The position numbers and the translations under genes were made by a program. DNA of 63,480 bases, filler included, from Stramenopiles sp. TOSAG23-2 (taxonomy: Eukaryota): assembly GCA_900128395.1 (NCBI GenBank). It is 9 parts of 9 records of this genome, joined end to end, with 100 filler letters (N's around TTAATTAATTAA, not from the genome) between each part and the next. Parts side by side here need not be neighbours in the genome. Positions count along the whole stretch, not along the records: positions 59,848 to 63,480 come from LT650474.1; 8 more parts are not named here. One strand, written 5' to 3'. Of the stretch, positions 59,748 through 63,480 are shown piece after piece (within the stretch, counting starts at the first letter, position 1; each line of letters begins with the position of its first letter). The notes under the pieces were generated by a model. It searched no databases. It was not told the origin of the DNA and saw nothing but the letters and a program-made list of their open reading frames with translations.

Positions 59748-59847
59748 NNNNNNNNNNNNNNNNNNNNNNNNNNNNNNNNNNNNNNNNNNNNTTAATTAAT
59801 TAANNNNNNNNNNNNNNNNNNNNNNNNNNNNNNNNNNNNNNNNNNNN
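59748..59847. other. Artificial contig spacer
   Basis: N44-TTAATTAATTAA-N44. Confidence 0.98.
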
Positions 59848-59896
59848 ATGATAACGAAGAATTAATAAAACGGTATATATATATATACCGTATAAA

Positions 59897-61360
59897 ATGT
59901 TTTTTGATCCAAGCACATTAGGATGGATATCAATTGCAATATCAACATTATTCACGTTGTTCCCATATTTTACCTCTAATTTATTAAATACAACATTACC
60001 AAAACCAACAGGAAAATATATTGTTGGATCATTTCTCACTCGAAGTAATATAGGGAACAAAAGTTTGATCAGATATTTTTATCCAACATCTAAAGTTGGA
60101 AATGGTGGTGGTAGTAGTGATAGTATACCAGAAAATGGTAAGTGGTTGCCAAGTTTTATCTATTACAAGGGATATGCACGTTTTTTAGGTTTTGCTGATA
60201 ATTCATTTTTGTTGTATATAATGAGAAGTTTAATATATGTATGTGGTCGTTGGATTGATCAAAAAGAGGAGAATTTACATATATATCATGATGACGACGA
60301 CGACAGGAAATATCCTGTTTTAATTTTTTCCCACGGAATGGGTGGTTCACAATCAATGTATTCTATCATATGCACGGAAATGGCATCTAGAGGATTTATT
60401 GTCATTGTCCCAGAACATACAGATGGTTCAGCAAGTTGTACAATTGATTCAAATGGTAAAACTATTTTTGCAGAGTTTGAAAGTGATCAAAATTTTTTGT
60501 TGGAACGAAGGGATATTTTAGGTACAGATGATCGTGACGCAATACGAAATGATAAGGCATCTCGTGAATATATGATAAATTGGAGAAATAAGCAAAGTCA
60601 AATACGTGTTGAAGATGTTTTCCAAGCCTTGTCCTTTACATGTGAACATGAAATATTAAAACAATATATTGATAAAAATAATGTAAATATTATGGGACAT
60701 TCTTTCGGTGGAACAAGTGTGTTAGGGGCAATTGCGCGGACTGGTGGTGTAACAACGTATAAAAATGACACTATTATTCATCGATTTATCTCTGCGATTG
60801 TTTTAGATGGATGGATGTGGCCAATTGTTGGCGATGATGAAAATAGTTATTTTATTGATGAGAAATTTGGTGGAAATAATGAGGAGAGGAACAACAGTTT
60901 AGTGAAACAAAATACTCCAATTTTATTTATAGATGCACATACATTTATTGATAATTTAGTTTGGTATTCTACGAAAATAGAAATTGCACAACGATACAAA
61001 ACACATCATGGTGAGAATAATAGTGATGTCATGTTATTGAATTTAAAACATAGTGCACATTTTACTTTTTCAGATGTTTTAGTACTGGGTGGAAAAGCAT
61101 ATCCTATTTTAAATCAATATAGATCAAGGCCACAAACGTTAAAAAAAAAAGTAAATGATGAAGAAGAAGAAAAAGAAGAAGGTATTCCAACGCAAGAAGA
61201 ATTATTGTTTAGTATAATGAATTTATCATATGATTTTATGCAACAGTATCATAATGGTGGTGGTGGTGGTGGTAGTGATGATACTTGGAGAAATAATATT
61301 GATTACAAGTTGTATAAAGTAATAAGCGATTCACGACAAGTTGGAAGTGGAAAGCTTTGA
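59897..61360 (+). CDS. Platelet-activating factor acetylhydrolase (PAFAH2/PLA2G7-like)
   Basis: LPKPTGKYIVG, KYPVLIFSHGMGG..EMASRGFIV..EHTDGSA, GHSFGG, LDGWMWP and HFTFSD. Confidence 0.9.
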   Translation: MFFDPSTLGWISIAISTLFTLFPYFTSNLLNTTLPKPTGKYIVGSFLTRSNIGNKSLIRYFYPTSKVGNGGGSSDSIPENGKWLPSFIYYKGYARFLGFADNSFLLYIMRSLIYVCGRWIDQKEENLHIYHDDDDDRKYPVLIFSHGMGGSQSMYSIICTEMASRGFIVIVPEHTDGSASCTIDSNGKTIFAEFESDQNFLLERRDILGTDDRDAIRNDKASREYMINWRNKQSQIRVEDVFQALSFTCEHEILKQYIDKNNVNIMGHSFGGTSVLGAIARTGGVTTYKNDTIIHRFISAIVLDGWMWPIVGDDENSYFIDEKFGGNNEERNNSLVKQNTPILFIDAHTFIDNLVWYSTKIEIAQRYKTHHGENNSDVMLLNLKHSAHFTFSDVLVLGGKAYPILNQYRSRPQTLKKKVNDEEEEKEEGIPTQEELLFSIMNLSYDFMQQYHNGGGGGGSDDTWRNNIDYKLYKVISDSRQVGSGKL

Positions 61361-61551
61361 AATGGGAGATCTGGGAGATGTTGTGTTTTTACTTTAAATT
61401 ATTTATATTATAAATTTTTATCAAGCGAGTTAAGAAAGGAAGGATAAAAACCTACTCATGCTTGTAGGGTATTACATATTTTGCAGAGGTGCATTTAGAG
61501 CTTTACTATATATAGTAGGATAGCATAATTATTACTTCGTACTTGAGATTG

Positions 61552-61636
61552 AGTATTGAGCACAGTATATGTATTTACTTAAGCACGGGAAGACGGGAAG
61601 TAAAATATTATTTTATAACACTTAAGATTTTAACCA
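61552..61636 (+). repeat. Dispersed 3'-flank element, copy 3 (with insertions)
   Basis: AGTATTGAGC..TTACTTAAGCACGGGAAG..TAAAATATTATTTTATAACACTTAAGATTTTAACCA. Confidence 0.7.
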
Positions 61637-61790
61637 TCATATACACGGATCTCATATATATAATGCATATCATACACATATGATATCTCTCATGTTAAAA
61701 AATTCAAGTGTCATGTATGATACATCTCATTTAAATATCAAATGCAGACAACTCAGGGGGGGCAAGGGCAAAAAAAAAAGCAGAGGGGGG

Positions 61791-61800
61791 CAAAAAGAAA
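61791..61800 (-). terminator. Pol III-type oligo-T terminator of the tRNA-Pro gene
   Basis: The minus strand reads TTTCTTTTTG right after the discriminator base, and a longer T-run follows. Confidence 0.7.
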
Positions 61801-61941
61801 GGGCCGCACGGGGAATCGCTGTTTTTTTTAACGTTTATTTGTTAGAGAATTGATCTACATTTTTTATACTTGTTAGATAAGACTTACAACCCCGGACCAC
61901 TCGCACCCAAAGCGAGTATCATACCACTAGACCACGCGGCC
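61801..61941 (-). tRNA. trnP-TGG: tRNA-Pro(UGG) with a 69-nt GT-AG intron in the T-loop
   Basis: Exon 1 (61941-61888) is GGCCGCGTGGTCTAGTGGTATGATACTCGCTTTGGGTGCGAGTGGTCCGGGGTT and exon 2 (61818-61801) is CGATTCCCCGTGCGGCCC. Joined they give a 72-nt cloverleaf with paired acceptor, anticodon (CTCGC/GCGAG, TGG) and T stems (CGGGG/CCCCG, loop TTCGATT). Confidence 0.93.
61819..61887 (-). other. Spliceosomal-type intron inside the tRNA gene (between positions 55 and 56)
   Basis: GTAAGTCTTATCTAACA..TTCTCTAACAAATAAACGTTAAAAAAAACAG. The boundaries are fixed by the tRNA sequence and cannot slide. Confidence 0.85.
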
Positions 61942-62322
61942 TCCAATTGGAGGTTGCAGAAGATTTTTTAATTTTTTCTGCGTGTCATACATTGTTACAA
62001 AAAGTGGAAAAAAAGTATATATATACAAATTATAAATTTTCTCATGGCAATACCACCATAACATAGACACAGCAGGTATATTAAACCCTATTTTAAACAT
62101 TAGGAAGCGATCATTTCTTGGTTACAAATGCACAAATATACGTTATTATTATTAATATATATATATCTCTCATTGGAAAGAAAAAGGTATATATCCATAT
62201 ATACAGCTATATCGAGATAGATCCAATCCATTTTATCCAGCAACCTTTTTTTTATTTTTAATTATTTTGACATCTATAAACACACAGTCTCATCATCCCT
62301 ATCTATACATATTCAACCACTC

Positions 62323-63450
62323 ATGTCATATGAAAAACCAATACGTAAACCACAAGTTCCACCTGGATTAGACGAGTTTGAACCAAATAGATTACATGCT
62401 GGTTTAAATGATTTACAAGCAGCAAAAGGTGCACATAGGTTAGTATATACACATCCTTCAGAAGATGTTGATAAATTAAATAGTACAGATCGTGTACGAC
62501 GTAATAAAGTTGCACGGGAACATGGACGTTTGCCAGCATTGACAATAAAAAAAGAATTTAATAACAATGGTTTACAAGAAGCTGATCCATTGTCATCCTT
62601 CGTTACTGCACAACCTATTAAACGTTCATGGATGAATGCAAAAGGGGAAGAATATATATTACAAACTTCTATTAATGATAATGAAAGTAGACGTGTATTT
62701 CCAATACCACGTAAAAATATAAATAAGCGTTTTAAAGAAAAATTGCAATTAGAACAATACACAATAGAACAAAAAGAAATAAGTATGAATGAAAAAAATG
62801 AAATAAATGATAATATTGTAAAAGAAATAACAAATGATTATTCCATCGATAATATTAATAAACATCGTTTTATAGATGGAGATGAGAATGGTAGTACTGA
62901 ATTTCTTGTAAATGATGTTGTATTATCAAAATGGGGGAAAACATGGATGATGGCAAAAATAATAGAATTAGGAAACGATAAAATAAAAATTAATTATTTT
63001 GGTAAAAACAAGGAAGACGACAGATGGGTCGATGATAGTAATGATAAATTGAAAAAGCAAGTATTAATATTAGATCGACATAAAGCAGAAGAACGACGTG
63101 GTGCATTTCCAAAATTAGGCGATGGTGTATTAGTTCGAGTCGTACCTGCAAAAGATGCAAATATATACACAGCATTTGGAACTGGTTTATTAGGTACATG
63201 TATTAAATGTTTACCACAAAATGATTGTTCTGTAGTAAAAATCGAACCAAATTTATTATTAAAAGAAGGATTTATTGGTACCTTTGCAAATGGATGGTTG
63301 AGTATACGTTATAAAGATCATTTTGCCCAAGAAAAATGTAATTTTATTCATTCCACTATTCGTTGTTTGAAGGAGGAAGTAGAAGAAGAGGAAATTGTTG
63401 ATCCAGAGGGAAAAACGGAGAAGAAAGAAAAAGAGGTTAAAACGAAGTAA
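62323..63450 (+). CDS. Hypothetical protein with a Tudor/chromo-barrel-like domain
   Basis: FLVNDVVLSKWGKTWMMAKIIEL..IKINYFG..DDRWVD resembles a Tudor-knot/Agenet module. Confidence 0.6.
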   Translation: MSYEKPIRKPQVPPGLDEFEPNRLHAGLNDLQAAKGAHRLVYTHPSEDVDKLNSTDRVRRNKVAREHGRLPALTIKKEFNNNGLQEADPLSSFVTAQPIKRSWMNAKGEEYILQTSINDNESRRVFPIPRKNINKRFKEKLQLEQYTIEQKEISMNEKNEINDNIVKEITNDYSIDNINKHRFIDGDENGSTEFLVNDVVLSKWGKTWMMAKIIELGNDKIKINYFGKNKEDDRWVDDSNDKLKKQVLILDRHKAEERRGAFPKLGDGVLVRVVPAKDANIYTAFGTGLLGTCIKCLPQNDCSVVKIEPNLLLKEGFIGTFANGWLSIRYKDHFAQEKCNFIHSTIRCLKEEVEEEEIVDPEGKTEKKEKEVKTK

Positions 63451-63480
63451 CACACAACAAATAAAATGCCGTGTCTGGTT

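Noticed and set aside
7423-59847. Regularly spaced N blocks with TTAATTAATTAA, and any gene clustering across them
   Set aside because: Artificial six-frame-stop linkers joining length-sorted contigs (7418, 7385, 7373, 7371, 7362, 7361, 7355 nt for the complete ones). Adjacency is not biological.
1046-63453. Numerous short antisense or overlapping ORFs in the ORF track (for example 4192-4866, 46560-47405, 29951-30476)
   Set aside because: Shadows of real genes or low-complexity repeats, with no independent motifs.

Overview
AT-rich, intron-poor eukaryotic nuclear DNA, most likely from a heterotrophic stramenopile (inferred from the mastigoneme-type EGF proteins, poly-Asn linkers and GTAAGT..CTAAC..AG introns). 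It is not one locus. Nine unrelated contigs (about 7.4 kb, in decreasing length order) are joined by artificial 100-nt spacers (N44-TTAATTAATTAA-N44), so neighbourhood across spacers is meaningless and several genes are cut at contig ends. Recognisable genes: SGT1, a degenerate Fe-ADH, UTP21/WDR36, DOPA 4,5-dioxygenase, syntaxin-18, a telobox-like Myb protein, an RNF213-like giant E3, two tandem EGF/mastigoneme-like genes, TOP6A/SPO11-3, an alpha/beta hydrolase, a CAP-Gly-PPEF phosphatase, a JmjC/ROX oxygenase, MTFP1, a kinase-CBS fusion, a single-chain BC-BCCP-CT carboxylase, a giant cadherin-repeat protein and PAF-acetylhydrolase. The standout is an otherwise perfect tRNA-Pro(UGG) gene (61801-61941, minus strand). 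Its T-loop/B-box is interrupted by a 69-nt intron with spliceosomal signals (GTAAGT..CTCTAAC..CAG), the same signals as an mRNA intron in this window, and with no bulge-helix-bulge motif. The second best candidate is an RNF213-like protein with an RBR-type RING2/Rcat domain where the RZ finger normally sits, plus a C-terminal membrane anchor. Many 90-190 bp tandem duplications and two frameshifts look like assembly artefacts. All family assignments come from motif recognition, not database searches.
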